From the human T2T-CHM13v2.0 reference genome, Homo sapiens: a stretch of 64,000 nt of DNA. This document shows, one piece after another, positions 1 through 13,380 of this stretch. The stretch lies in NCBI RefSeq assembly GCF_009914755.1, contig NC_060936.1; one strand, 5' to 3'. The first letter of the stretch is position 1, and every line of letters begins with the position of its first letter. The notes beneath the pieces are model-generated. The model worked only from the letters and a program-made list of their open reading frames with translations, did not search any database and was not told where the DNA came from. Both the position numbers and the translations under genes were made by a program.

Positions 1-54
1 GTTCATGTCTATTAATTTATTTAATTTCCATAAAACAGACTTAAAGCAAGTATT

Positions 55-185
55 ATTCTTTGTAGATAAGAAAAATGTTGCTCAGAGAACTCAGTAAACT
101 TTTACAAAATCCCCAAAAGTTGTAGGACCAGGATTCAAATCCAGGCCTTTGAACTCTAGTTCCAATGTGCTTTCCACTATTCCAC
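55..185 (-). mobile_element. MIR SINE fragment
   Basis: Degenerate reverse-complement MIR core (gctcagagaactcagtaaactt...ggattcaaatccaggcc...ctttccactat). Confidence 0.6.
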
Positions 186-264
186 AGAATTGCCCTTACA
201 ATGTGATATTATGTCCTCAGGCTTTACAGAGTATCAATTCAAGAGCCATCCATGCTCACAGCAT

Positions 265-591
265 TATTTATCTATTGAAACTATAGATTCAGGGGTGTAT
301 GTGCAGGTTTGTTACATGGGTATATTGTACAATGCTGGGTTTGGCCTTTAGGGAACCCTTCATCCAAATAGTGAAGGTATTATCCAATAGGTAGTTTTTC
401 AACCCTTGCCCCCATCCTTTCCTCCCTCTCAACTTTTGGAGTCCCAGTGTCTAGTGTTTCCATCTTTATATCCACGTGTGTACCCAGTGTTTAGCTCTCA
501 CTTATAAGTGAGAACATGTGGTATTTCATTTTCTGTTTCTGTGTTATTTCACTTAGGATAATGGCCTCCAGCTGCAGTAATGTTGCTGCAA
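265..591 (-). mobile_element. L1 3' end (old L1PA/L1PB type)
   Basis: gtgcaggtttgttacatgggtatattg...cacttataagtgagaacatgtggtattt...aggataatggcctccagc is the antisense L1 3' UTR. Confidence 0.85.
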
Positions 592-1513
592 ACTAGCAGC
601 ACTTAAGCATCTTTTGAAAGTCATAGCATCTTATTTAATGACTCATACAATAAATTCATGTTTGGATTTAGTTTATGAAAGAAGTTTCTCTACTAACAAA
701 TTTGAATGTTTTCTTCTGCCAGAAAGTCAATGCTTCATAACTCACATCTTCTTTCTTTTCTTTACTGCCAGGAAATTTAATTCAGCTAAATTTAAGACCT
801 AATTACGGTAATCAAATCATCTTGGGTAACTGATAACACTGAATTCCTTTACTTCTGAAATGTAAGGGATTGTCTTCTTTTTATAACTTTTTTTCTTGAA
901 AGTATCAACAAATAATTTTGAATAAAATAGTATAAATTGACAATAAATAAAAATGAGTTGCTTTGTTCTGCACTTTTTAACAGGTATTAAGGGGTTCTGA
1001 ATCTAGAAACAACTTACCGGGGATGGGTAAGAAGAAAGGCAGAGAGTTAACCTGCTCTCCTTAAGCAATTCAGGAGAATTTGGAAGGTTAGGAAGGATGT
1101 CTTTTGGGGAGGAGAGACAAAGGATAGGAGATTGAAAGAAAGAGAAAGCAGTATACCAATGCTGGGCATAGAGAGCTCACACAGAAGAGACGACTGGAGA
1201 AGATCCCTCAGGAGATCTCGATGCAGAGCCCAGGGACTGATGTGCATTGTGCACTCTCAACTGACTCCTGTGATTCTCCCTAAGCTCCTGTCCCTCGCCT
1301 TTTACTACTGGTCACATCAAAACAGCTCCAGTACAGCTACCTCCCCTAGCATTCATCTAGAATGTGGAAACTCATGCCTTCTTGCTCCCTCATGCCTCCT
1401 TGCTTTTGAATCCCTGTTAAGGCAGGCTGGTTGAACCTCCTTTCTACCTTTAGGCTTCTCTAAAAATAAAGAATTCAGCAAAATAATGTATGTCCCCAAT
1501 ATCAGACGATGGT

Positions 1514-1815
1514 TGATATAGTTTGGATGTTCCCTCCAAATCTCATATTGAAATGTGATCCCTAATATTGGAGGTGAGGCATGGTAGGGGGTGTTTGGGT
1601 CATGAAACAGATCCTTCATGAATGACTTGGTGCCCTCCCCATGCTAATGAGTTGCCATGAGATCTGATTGTTAAAGAGTCTGACACCTCTCTCATCTCTC
1701 TCTTGCTTCTTCTCTCACCATGTGACATGCCTGCTCCCCTCTTCACCTTCTGCCTTGAGTGAAAGCTCCCTGAGGCCTCATCAGAAGCCAAGATGCTGGC
1801 ACCATGCTTGTACCA
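1514..1815 (+). mobile_element. MaLR MST-family LTR (MSTB-like), 3'-truncated
   Basis: Starts tgatatagtttggatgttccctccaaatctcatattgaaat; contains gaggcctcatcagaagcc...gatgctggcaccatgctt. Confidence 0.8.
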
Positions 1816-1902
1816 TAAACCTGTACCTGAGAGAAGTGCATAGACCTATAGAAGTAAAGTCAAAAGACCCTACCCAACCTTCTCTATAGTCACATCTACT
1901 AG

Positions 1903-2565
1903 GGATGCTGTGTAGAAAATGGAATGTTTATACACTGCTGGTGGGAATGTAAATTAGTTCAGCCACTGTGGAAAGCAATCTGGAGATTTCTCAAAGAACT
2001 TAAAACAGAACTACCATTTGCCCAGCAATCCCATTACTGGGTATATATCCAAAAGAAAACCAGTCAGTCTACCAGAAAGACACATGCACTTGCATGCTCA
2101 TTGCAGCACTATTCACAATAGCAAAGACATGGAATCAACCTAGGTGCCCATCAGTGGTGGATTGGGCAAAGAAAACATGGTACATATACACCATGGAATA
2201 CTATGCAGCCACCAAAAAGAACAAATTCATGTCCTTTGCAGCAACATGGATGTAGCTAGAGGCCATTATCCTAAGCCAATTAGCACAGGATCAGAAAACC
2301 AAATACCACATGTTCTCACTTATAAGAAGTGGACGCTAAACAATGGATACTCATGGATATAAGGATGATAGCAATAGACACTGGGAACTACTAGAGTGAG
2401 GAGGCAGGAAGGGGGGCAAGGTTGGAAAACTAACTGTTGGGTACTATGCTAGTACCTGGGTAACAGGATCATTTATACCCTAAATCTCAGCATCATGCAA
2501 TATATCCAGGTAACAAATCTGCACATATACCCCCGAATCTAAAATATAAGCTGAAAAAAAATAAA
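1903..2565 (+). mobile_element. L1 ORF2 C-terminus plus 3' UTR (old L1PA/L1PB type)
   Basis: ORF 1924-2121 HCWWECKLVQPLWKAIWRFLKELK is the L1 ORF2 C-terminal motif; L1 3' UTR and A-rich tail follow. Confidence 0.9.
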
Positions 2566-2589
2566 ATGCCATAGCTTAAAAATAATAAA

Positions 2590-2780
2590 AAGAAAAATAA
2601 CTACAAGAGTATAATTGTAACATTTGTAACACAAATAAATGATAGATTCTAGAAGTGATGACTATCCCATTTTCCCAATGTGATTATTGCACATTATATT
2701 CTTATATCAAAATATCTCATGTACCCCACAAATTTATATGCTTACCATGTACCCATAAAAGTTAAAAATAAAGATAAATG
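2590..2780 (+). mobile_element. L1MA 3' end fragment
   Basis: gtgattattgcacattatattcttatatcaaaatatctcatgtaccccacaaat...tgtacccataaaa, A-rich end. Confidence 0.75.
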
Positions 2781-3350
2781 AAAAATGTAAGAAAAATTGT
2801 TGAATTCCTCAGATATTCTTTAGAAGATGCAAAACATTCTGTAAATGATTATTAAAACACTTCAATGTCTGCACCCCTAAAGAAGAAGAGTTTAGTGGGA
2901 AGGGGTGTGTACATGATTAAAATGAAAACGCTCTAGAAATTTTAAAAAAAAAAGGCAATATGGAACTGTAGATGGCATTCTTCTTGGGAAGGTGTGAGTG
3001 GGCAGTGAAACCAAGAAGTAAAGTCTGGTTCTTCTTGGATTTGCTTATTCCCAGCAGTGTTCATTTGAATGATATTCCAGATCATGACTATTTTTACTAT
3101 TTCTCTGTAGGAGTCATGATTTTTAATAAAGATGCATCCTACTATAATAAGTAGTATAAAAAATACAGAGTTTTTGTTCAGGTAATTTTCCACTAGTATG
3201 TTCTAAAAAGTAGCAATAGCCATAATCCCATAAGAATATATGTATGAATTAATTATGTTCAAGGGCACAAAAGTGGCTTCCAGCTCTGAATAAATCAACT
3301 TGCCACCATTTCTTTCTCTAAAGGTCAGCAAAACAAAGTAGGTTACAGTT

Positions 3351-3776
3351 TGCTATGATTTGAATGTGGCTTGTCCCCACTAAAAGTCATGTTGAAAGTC
3401 TATTCCCAGTGTGGCAGTGTTGGGAGGTGTGGTTGTTTGGGTTTGGGGGGGCCGATGCCTCATGAATAGATTAGCATCATCTCTCAGAAGTGAGTGGGTT
3501 ATTACTCTTTCAGGAATTGATTAATTCTGGTGAGAACTGGTTGTTATAAAGTGACGTTCCCCCTTGTGTTTGGTCCTTTTTCATACAGGTCACTTCCCCT
3601 TTGACCTTTGGTCATGTTATGATGCAACAGGAAAGCCTTCACCGGAGGTCCAGCAGATGCTGACACCATGCTCTTCGATTTTCCAGCCACCAGAATCGTG
3701 AGGCAAATGAACTCATTTCTTTATAAATTACCCAGTCTCAGGTATTCTGTTATAGCAACACAAATGGACTAAAACA
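3351..3776 (+). mobile_element. MaLR MST-family solo LTR (MSTB/MSTB1-like)
   Basis: TG...CA termini, ttataaattacccagtctcaggtattctgttatagcaacac end, near-TSD cagtt/cagtc. Confidence 0.85.
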
Positions 3777-5204
3777 CAGTCCCTACTACCTTTGATAGGT
3801 ATTTAAAATGAAAAAAAAAATCCCACTATACTTGTACCTTTCAGTATATAGAAATTGTTCAGACTAGTTCAAACACCACCATCTGGCTTTAGAGGTGATT
3901 AACAGCTTTCTTCCAGTTACTTAACCAGCCTTAACATTTATTGAGCACGTTCAAAGATAGAAAGCTCTTATGGAATTAAACTTGGCGGAAAAGGATGGTT
4001 ATAGATACACTCACAGCACATTCAGTAAGACTTTAAGGAGCCACCGTGACAGATCTGACTTCAGGAAGTTCTGCCAAACTGTCAGTTGCTGCTTGTAAAC
4101 TGTGCAGCTTGGAACAAGAAAAACATGTATTACCTTGTCAGGAGGATGCAAAACTTGACTGAAACTCTTCTGGGCTTATCCATCTCACCTGATGTTAAAA
4201 ATGAGCAATTGATTTCCCTCATACCATACAATCTGTTGAGGAAACTAGCAAAGGTACAATCTCAGGAAGAAGTAGGCCAATGTTACTATGTTATAGAAAT
4301 GAGATGTTGGAAAAGTTTTGACAACACATAGAACTAATTAGAAAGCACCACTCAAAAAACAAAGCAAGTTACCATTATATAAAACATTTAAAGGTTGGTG
4401 GCCCAAAACTTATCTCAGGTTGTTCTGTCATTAATTGCAATGCTGGACTGGCATGCTAACTAGTAATAGTGCCTTCTTCTCTGCAAATAAATGATGTCTT
4501 TGAAAATATATTCTTCCAGAAAATCACTAAAGACAGATCATTTCAGAGATTAGAAAAGAAGCAGTACCATGATGCAAAAAAAAAAAAAAAAAAAAGTGAA
4601 TAGGAAGCAACTTTTGGGTCTAAAATGTCACAATGAAAGATTTATCTTTCTATGTTTCTAAATCGGAAAACTAAGCCTTTTGTTCACTAAGGAGCAAGTA
4701 AAACTGTGAGAGGCCCCAGTGCTGAGGAGAGTGGCTGGTACATGGTGGAAAGTCAATAAATTATTCTGCAGTGAAGAAATAAATTGTTTTTTTGTTGTTT
4801 TTGATTTGTCAGATCACAATATTTATTGCAATACATCTGTTTACAGTTCACAAATAGGCAACTTTTATTAATTGGCATGAATTTAAAAGCTTATAGTGCA
4901 ATGGATACAATCTCTTCTAGAGGACGAGGGTGACGATTTTCAAATTCCAGAAGAGAAACCACAGTATAGACTATATTTCTCTCATGGCTAGCTCATTGGA
5001 CTGTTCTGAAAAAAATCCTTATTGTGTTATAAAGACCTTAAAACCCTTGAAAGTTATGTTTTCTTCGGGTTTATCTGGTACATAAGGGTATCTTTACAAA
5101 TGCTTTCTTACAAAATCATTAGTCCTACAGGCAAGTGTATTTAACCCATTAATTTAGCATTGTCCCATCCTCCTTGGCCCTCTTAATCATGAATGAGGAG
5201 TATT

Positions 5205-5470
5205 ATACTGAGGTGGATAAAAGCATGAACTATGTTTTCAGATTGCTGGGCTTGAACGTTGGCTTTGCCCACTTAATAGCTATGATATCTCATGAAGATC
5301 ATTTTAGTTGGTTGTGCTTCAGTTTTACTATCTGTACCATGGGCCTAATGATAGCACTGCTATAAGAAATAAATTAGTAAATTTAACTTGTTAATTAACT
5401 TGGTTAATACACGTGAAGCATCTAGAAAGTAGAATATAGTAAGCACTACATAAATATTAACTATTTTATT
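5205..5470 (+). mobile_element. MIR SINE
   Basis: Degenerate MIR: cttcagttttactatctgtaccatggg...gtaagcactacataaatattaactatt. Confidence 0.65.
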
Positions 5471-5809
5471 ATTCGTTATTATTTTAACACAGAAAATAAT
5501 TTGTTTCTCACAGGCACAGATAATCATAAAAGTGAAATAAACAATGGGAAGGCAAATCCAAATGTAATATGTTAATTCATGATCTGTTACTTGATTTTGG
5601 TCAGTTCCATCTTTTGGTTTCCATATGGAAATTACCAGTTTTGAAGTCTCTGAGACTGATTCTGGATAAGAACTTATTTTGAAGATAATTTTATTATATT
5701 CCAGAATGATCAATACTGCTATCTTTATGAGGTCATTTGTGTCAATGGTTTATCAATTTTTTGAATTTATAAGGAGTTGCTTTTACTTTCCTCGATTATA
5801 GGAAATGGT

Positions 5810-6760
5810 AAACGGTACATCCAATTGCCCAGAAATGAGCTTGATTCCATCCTCTTCTCATCTTCCACATCAAATCTGTAAGTTCTTATAGTTCTATGTT
5901 TCTGATTCATCCACATTCCTGTACCTCCAGAGCCACTATCCTAGTCCAAGCTGACATTATCCCTTTCTCCTTTATCTTAAGCCAAATCTGCCTTCTATGC
6001 TCTTTAGATATTTGGGGCTTTTGCATTTGCTGTTCCTGTGTCTGAAATGATTTTAATCTAAGCATCACACAAGATTGCTACTTTCTCAGCTCTCATCTCT
6101 CAGCTCAGCTAGCTCTTCCTCAGAGAGTTCTCTGTTATCCTAAAGTTTCTCATCTACCCCAGTACTCTCTATTACATCACCCTATTTATTTCTGCTATGG
6201 ACTGAATTGTGTCCTCTCAAAATGCATATGTTAAAGGTCTAACCTCTAATGTGATAGTATTTGGAGATGGGGTATTTGGTAGGTAATTATATTGAGATGA
6301 GGGAACGAGGGTAGCAACTTCATGTTGGAATCAGTGTCCTTATAGTCAGAGACTATAGAGCTTGTTCTCTCTCTACTATGTGAGGACACAGAGGGAAATA
6401 CTCATCTGCAAGCCAGGAAGACAGACCTCACCAGAACTGAACTCTAGCAGAAATTTATCTTGGATTTTCCAGTCTCTAGAACTATGAGAAATAAATTTAT
6501 CTTGTTTAAGCCACCCAGTCTGTGGTATTTTGTTATGGCAGCCCAAGCCAACACAATTTCCTGTATAGCATGTAGTGCAATCTGGATTGCTCTTATTTCT
6601 TTATTTAGCTCTGTAAGAGCCAGGACTTCACCATCTTGTTTTAATTCTTAAGGGCCAGGACGTTGTCATCTTGTTCATTGCCATAACCCAGAAACTGGAA
6701 CACTGACTGACAATGTAGAGTAGATACTCACTAGCAATTTCTGAATAAATGAGCAATGAT
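5810..6760 (+). mobile_element. L2 LINE 3' region interrupted by an MLT1A LTR
   Basis: gccactatcctagtccaagc, tttgcatttgctgttcctgtgtctgaaatg, and L2 3' terminus (gtagatactcactagcaatttctgaataaatga). Confidence 0.65.
6193..6555 (+). mobile_element. MaLR MLT1A/MLT1A0 solo LTR
   Basis: tgctatggactgaattgtgtcc...gtttaagccacccagtctgtggtattttgttatggcagccc; perfect 5-bp TSD ATTTC (6188-6192 / 6556-6560). Confidence 0.9.
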
Positions 6761-8489
6761 GCACAGATGAGATACTTTTTCCAGATGTGATGTTTTCTTT
6801 AAAGAACATTACCTGAGGGATGAAACGCTGAAGTTTTAGTAGAAACTCAGTTTATAGTCCACTGATTGAATCACAGATCCCACTCCATCTCATTTCTAAG
6901 CAAAAATAAATATACCTTCTCAGACAACTAGTTGCATATTTTTCTTTAAAAAATACCATGAAGTATAGAATCTATGTGTCACTGCCAATACTTTATGGCT
7001 AGGATATTATTCTTAAAGCAGGAGAACTCCATTTGGCAACATATGTCTCTTTTATTTCACTTGAATTCAGACTTGACTAAATACTTCTAGAAGACTAATA
7101 ATGGAAATGGGTATGCCACCAGCTTATTTGCTTTAGGGACTGAGAGTGTGGACCTGGGGTGGGTGAAGTTAATCTAAAGAATAAAGGACTGAGGTTCATA
7201 AGTTTGAACAAAGGGAAATGGACCATTTTAGGGGGCAAACTAATTACAAAAGGGAAGAGCAATTTTGGATGGAACACAAAGTTTCTTACCCCTGTCCCTG
7301 AAAGGAGAAGGGACTACATCAAAAAATCCAAAGGCACCCTAAAGAGCTATTTTACTGTGATCTGTGGAGACAGCTGGGGTAGAAGCAACTCTTCTCTGTA
7401 GTCTGGGAGGAGTGAAGACCACAGGACAGCAAACGAGGGTTTCCAATTTGCCATTCCTGTTGGAGCACAGTGTGGACCCAGAGTCCCAGCAGCAAACCAG
7501 AACAATGACATCTGGAATGGAGATACTACAGGGGGGGACATCTTATCTTTGTGACTTTATTCACCTCTGGCTTCTATGGTAGCAAGTCATTATGTCAGTG
7601 GAGAAAAGGACATGTCAGCCAAGAAATATCCCCCCAAAGACTCCTGAAATTTTATGGGTTTAATTAACGTGATCTGCTAAGAAAGGAATTGATTCTATTG
7701 TTGAAATTTTAATTTTTAGTTCCAGGCTGGTGTACTAGGTCATAGGCATTGCATCCTTAATATATAATTTCAGTGTTCATTGGGACTTTTGTCCTTAGTA
7801 TTAGCAATAAATGCTGCTTAATGAATCAGCTCTGAATTTTGCCTCATATGATGACTACTCTAACAATATTCATACAGTTCTTTACAGTGTACACAACCAA
7901 ACCATTTCAGCAACTCAATAATGAGAGTAAAGTTTGGGTCCTAGGGAAGGAGCTCAGTGAACTCTGAGGGAAGTCATGTACTTTCACTTTAATTCTTCAT
8001 TCTTCTTAGTCAGACTGAGAAATTCAGTGCTTAAGGGCAAAGCTTCTCACAGTGCTTAACATGTACAAATAATTTCGCTCTTACCTTTCCCCTACTGTGG
8101 TAGGGTACCATTAAAGCCCAAGAGAAAGGAAAGAAAAATTCAATATGATACAGCCAGCACTGATGGGACCCTTTCTTCTCCCTTTCTATCCAGGCCTGGC
8201 CCCTGAACAACCTTGAGAAAACTGCAACTAGGTTAGGAGGACTCACATCAAAAGGAGCCTCTGTCCAGGCTGTCTCATCCTAATTGTAAAATATTAAAAT
8301 AACCTGCTCGTGATATTCATGCATTACAAAGAGTGTTCTACAAAAGATTTTTAAAACCTCACATTAAAAAAATAATATATATATATATTCACTAATTAAA
8401 AAGAAGGTGAAAAATATTACATGGTTTTTTATCCAAGGAGGAGGAGTATAACACCTAAATCCACAATTTTCTCCATTTTCTGTTAGGAC

Positions 8490-8580
8490 TTCCCATTTCA
8501 CAGATGAGAAAATTAAAGATCTAAGAGATTTAATGACAAATAGGTAGTAAAACCAAACCTCCATCTCCAGAATTGTCTTC
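8490..8580 (-). mobile_element. MIR fragment
   Basis: cccatttcacagatgagaaaattaaag core. Confidence 0.5.
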
Positions 8581-9763
8581 CTCATTTTTTTTTTTTTTTT
8601 GTCAATTTTGAAACTTCAAGAGGACTCTTGATACATAGCATTGACTCAGGCTCCTTTACTCAAATGAATTTTGTGCATTAAGTTGCTTTCCTCTGAATTT
8701 ATAATTCGTTTTTACATTTTTTGAATGAAACTTCAGAGTATCAACTGATCTTTAAGTTCTGCTAGTCTATAAACGTGTTCTTATTTCTGCAGCAGGGATT
8801 TCATCTTTAGTACAATCTATGTCTTCTGCTGACATTCTGATTCATCTAGAAAACTTTGGTATGGCCCCAACTCAAGTCTCTTTTCACAGGGACTGAGAAG
8901 CCTCCTGGAAAAAGAGTTCACCTAAAGGGAAGAAGGAACGAGGAATGCATATTTATAACAAAGTCTTTGTCATTGAAAGGGAATAAGAAATTTCAGCATA
9001 ACATAGTGGCCATCACTCAAATACATGTCTCACCCAGATGCATGTCTAGAATGAGAAAAATTTAACTAAAATAGAAAGAGCAGTTTTACACAAAAGCTCT
9101 GAAAGTGTTGGTGTAGAGGCAGTGCTGCTTGGTGATCTCTCGGACAAATTATAACACAAAGGGAAGAAAGGCATGCTACCTTTCCCCATTTAACCACTGT
9201 GAGACTTGAGCACATATTCATTGATGCCTGGGGGAGCAGTGGGAGAGCCTACTAGAAGATTATGGTGCCCAAGGTAATCGTTGAAAGCTAATGGAGCAAT
9301 AGCAGAGTCCCAAAAGGGCATAACTGTTTATGAGAACACATTAGGAACCCTTTTGGGTTTTGTGGAAATACTTGGTGGTGAACATTGCAAAGCCTTATAT
9401 CAGAAACTCAGATTGGATTTTACCCTTCTTCAGCTTCTGTCAATTGAATGTGTAGGACTACAGAGGGTAGGATAGGGATGAGGCAGGAATAAGTTGGCAA
9501 CATATTCCCATGCTCCAATATAGCAAGGTTATTTAATTGTAATGTAATTGTAATTGATGTCAGTATAATATATGTAGCAGCCTACATCCAGTAATTGTCA
9601 ATGCAATTTCAGCATTCTGTCATATATTCCAGTTCCTGTGCCCATTTCTACTAGGGCTTTAGTCAATTGCAGAGAGAGGACAAAACGTAAATGTAACAGT
9701 AAAGCAGGTAGGAGCCTCATTCAAAACATTTCATCTTCAGCTAATCTGTGACAAAGTAAATCA

Positions 9764-9965
9764 GTCTCTCTCTCTCTCTTTCTATATATATATATATTTT
9801 TTTCTCTGCCTAAGGAATAAGGAGGTAGAGTATTTCTGGTGTACGTATATATGTTATTTGTGTAAAAACTACATGTATACATATATTCAACATTTTATAT
9901 TTTATTGTATAGGTACATGTTTACATATATTTTACTTATATGTACATACATACATATATATATTA
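9764..9965. repeat. (CT)n/(TA)n microsatellite and degenerate TA-rich low-complexity tract
   Basis: tctctctctctc...tatatatata; tatgtacatacatacatatata. Confidence 0.7.
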
Positions 9966-10814
9966 GTAGGTATTTTTGCTTCATATGCCTTATTTTCTTT
10001 ATCAGCTCTTCAGTAGTGACTGTATTTGATTTTTCATAAATATTTCCATGGAATATTGTTGATTTTTCTTCTTAAATGGATGAGCCACTTTTGTCCAAGG
10101 TTAATGGAGGACGTGTTGTCCTACTGGTCGTTTTTTAAAATTCATAAATCTATCCAGTTAGAAAATTTTAATGTTTTCAGAAAGGTTACAGGAAGAGATG
10201 TAGAGATCATGTGCTTATTAAAGAAAATTGCTTTAGACATTTTAAAAATGAAAAATGCTATTTCTGGGCATTTACACAACTACAAATGTAAAATTATAAT
10301 GGGCAAGGTGACTCTGGTTCAACATAGGTACATTAACCAAAATCACAAGTCACAGCTACATCCAGATTGCGTGACCCTTTTGTCTAGTTTCATGGAAAAA
10401 ACATTAGATAAGGACCCAGGTCTTATAGGAAATATAAAAAGTAGTCTTGACCTAGGGCCAAAAAGGACATTTGCAGGCAAAATTAGTGAGTGAGAAGACC
10501 ACTTAAAATATTCCGAGTACTGCAGATTGTATTTCAGAGGACTCCGTGTTTGGAGAGCAAAACTGGTGGGGGGATCTAAGTTTACTTGATGTGGAGAGAG
10601 GCTGGTATTCTCTTAGCTTTAGAAAACAGACAAACAGAATATTTGCACATAGTTCAGGTTCTGCCCTATGCCTGTGTATCAAAACCATAAAACATTTCAT
10701 AGATATTAATATTTTACTCTAATTTTATGGCACATAAAATTGGTCAATATCGTGAGTGTGTTATAATAATAGCAATTCCATTACTTACTAATTGTTGATC
10801 TTAAGTCTAATACT

Positions 10815-10940
10815 TTGCTTTTCTTAGACTTAGTTTCCCATCTGTAAAAGGGAAAAAATAGTTTTTTTTGTAAACATCTTAGAATTGTGAGGATTAAAAG
10901 AGAAAATATTCATGCAAGTTCTATATAAATGTAAAGTATC
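10815..10940 (+). mobile_element. MIR fragment
   Basis: ttagtttcccatctgtaaaaggg...ttgtgaggattaaaagagaaaat. Confidence 0.6.
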
Positions 10941-11973
10941 TTTGATGAACATTACATTTAACAAACACTTGATCAGTGTGTCTCCATGTACAAATAACAT
11001 AAAGATCCAGAAACTTCTTGCAAAGTAGCAGTAAAAAAGGAAGGGATAGAGGGAGGGAGGGAAGAGAAAAGAGAAGGGAAAGAATAAATCAACTAATCTA
11101 TTTAAGACACATTTTCTCTAAAAAAAAAAAAAAAACCCTGAATTTAGTCTTATTGACTCTTGTGAATAGACATCATGCTCTCCACTGATGAGCTCCTATT
11201 AGAAGTACTAAACCAAACAAAATGTAAGAAAACACTACTAATTCACTTGCCATAGGCTTAGAATTTGTAAAAGCAGAGAAATACTGTTTTATAGTCATGT
11301 TTTACTATCCATGAATATCTATCAGCTAAGAAAATTCACATATGTAAATAAGATTATAGGTAGAAAGAAAGTTTAAAGCTCTTGAAAATAAACTTTTCAA
11401 GATGCCCTCAGGCCCTTTAACAATATAATTTGCATATAAATAATTGACACCTAATTATAAATCATTTTGATCTGTTCATCAAAGCAGGTTCCAAAGGACT
11501 GCTGGTAAGCAGGGCTTTGTTTGCCTAGTTCCAATTACTGTATTAATTAAAATTTAATTGAACAACCAAGCTTAATTAATTAATTAAATAACATAATAGA
11601 AAAGGAACAGTAAAAACAGTGCAATTTTACAATTATGACTGCTAGTATCAGATTAGCTTCCCCAGGACATATGAATTACTGCAGTCTTCATGCAGTTGCA
11701 TTTACTTTCATTTTTTAACCCTTTAATTCTCAAATGTTTCACATTTGTAACCTTTGAACTTCCCATCTCCTAACTCTGTCAAGTGCAGTCTTGACATGTT
11801 TGTCTTTAGCTTTCACATCCAAGCTCCAAGGTGGGTTTGTTCAGCCAGCTTATTCATAAATATTTGAACTTCACCAAAGTGTGTAGTTTTGGTTGAATGA
11901 TTTACAACAGAGACAGAGAAGGTGGTGTGACATTATGACTCATAGTCACAGCTCTGGTTTTAAGACTTAGGAA

Positions 11974-12129
<156 letters not shown>

Positions 12130-13380
12130 TTACGAAAAACTAATATGAGAAGCTTGATTAATTTTCACAGCATTTTGTTAGTCTGCTTAATTTTCGAATT
12201 CTCTTTCGTACTTAGAAAATGTGCTTGGCCTAGTAGTTCCTTTCTTTAGGATTGTTAGCAATTCCTGGAAAGGGTCTAGGGAGTAAGTAAGGTTACTGAG
12301 TTGGAAGTTTTTCAGTTCTCCCTCAGCCTTTAAATAAAGCCTCTGATCTAGAAAATTGGTGAGAGCAGTGCTGTGTCTTGACTTTGGCCCCATTACAGAC
12401 AGTTGCTGATTCATCTGAGCAGAACTCTCACTGTACTTTGCTTGGTCATAGTCAGAAGAGAGGTGAGGTAGGAGTCTCATCCTGGGAGTGGACATGCAAC
12501 ACAAAGGGAAAATATTAAAAGAGAAGCTGAGACTCAGGGTCACTGTACCTGTCAGTTTCCTTGCCCACCCCATTCCCAACCAGCACAGCCAAAAACTATC
12601 CTCCCAACATGCCAACTCTTTCTCACTCTCTTTCCCGCTTCATTATACATTGAGCAAATGATCACCTCTTGTTACCATGAAGCTTCCATTATTTTTTGAC
12701 CCACTGCAAATGTGTTTGGGCAGTAGAACAAATAAAACACCTTTCTGATTGTGTTTGGAAAGTTTTTAGAGTAATAGTATATTAAGCAGTTGCCAGGCAT
12801 GGACACTATAATGGGAGGACAGGAACCATGGCTTTCTTTTTAAATTTTTGCTTCCTGCCTGTAGCATCCATTATCATACCTGGCATACCACAGGGTTCTA
12901 ATAAATGTTTGGATAAGTAGCAATGGATAAATAATCTTAAAGTCACTGCAGAAACAAGTCTTGTCCTTCGGGTCTGATTTGCCAGGCTTCATTGTTCTAT
13001 TTCTCTCTGTTTGCTTTTTCACAAGTCCTGTTGTTTTGATAAGTGGGTGCTATAAAAACAATTTAAATTACCACAAGGTTAATTCTTACATTGTATTGTA
13101 GTCAAAATGATGCAGATTCGTAGGAAATTAAGACTCACTTGCATGAAAGTTTAAATGTATTCTGTATCAGTCTAAAACTGAGGACGCACTTGGCTGAACT
13201 CCGGAGGTATAGAATGTAGTATTTCATTAACATTTCCTGGTAGCTTTCAAAATGTTATCCAGTGCTCAGGCAACAATCCAGGATTCCTGCTATGGCTAAT
13301 TTAAAATCCGCCAAAGTCAATGGTCATTCTTCTAAAGTTAGAAAAAAAAATCAATAAGTCAGTTCAACATTGTGGTTTTC

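Noticed and set aside
10026-10493. 155-aa ORF in non-repeat DNA
   Set aside because: Starts at TTG, no recognisable domain or exon context; this length can occur by chance in 64 kb over six frames
12187-12615. 142-aa minus-strand ORF
   Set aside because: No recognisable motif, non-ATG start, no supporting gene structure
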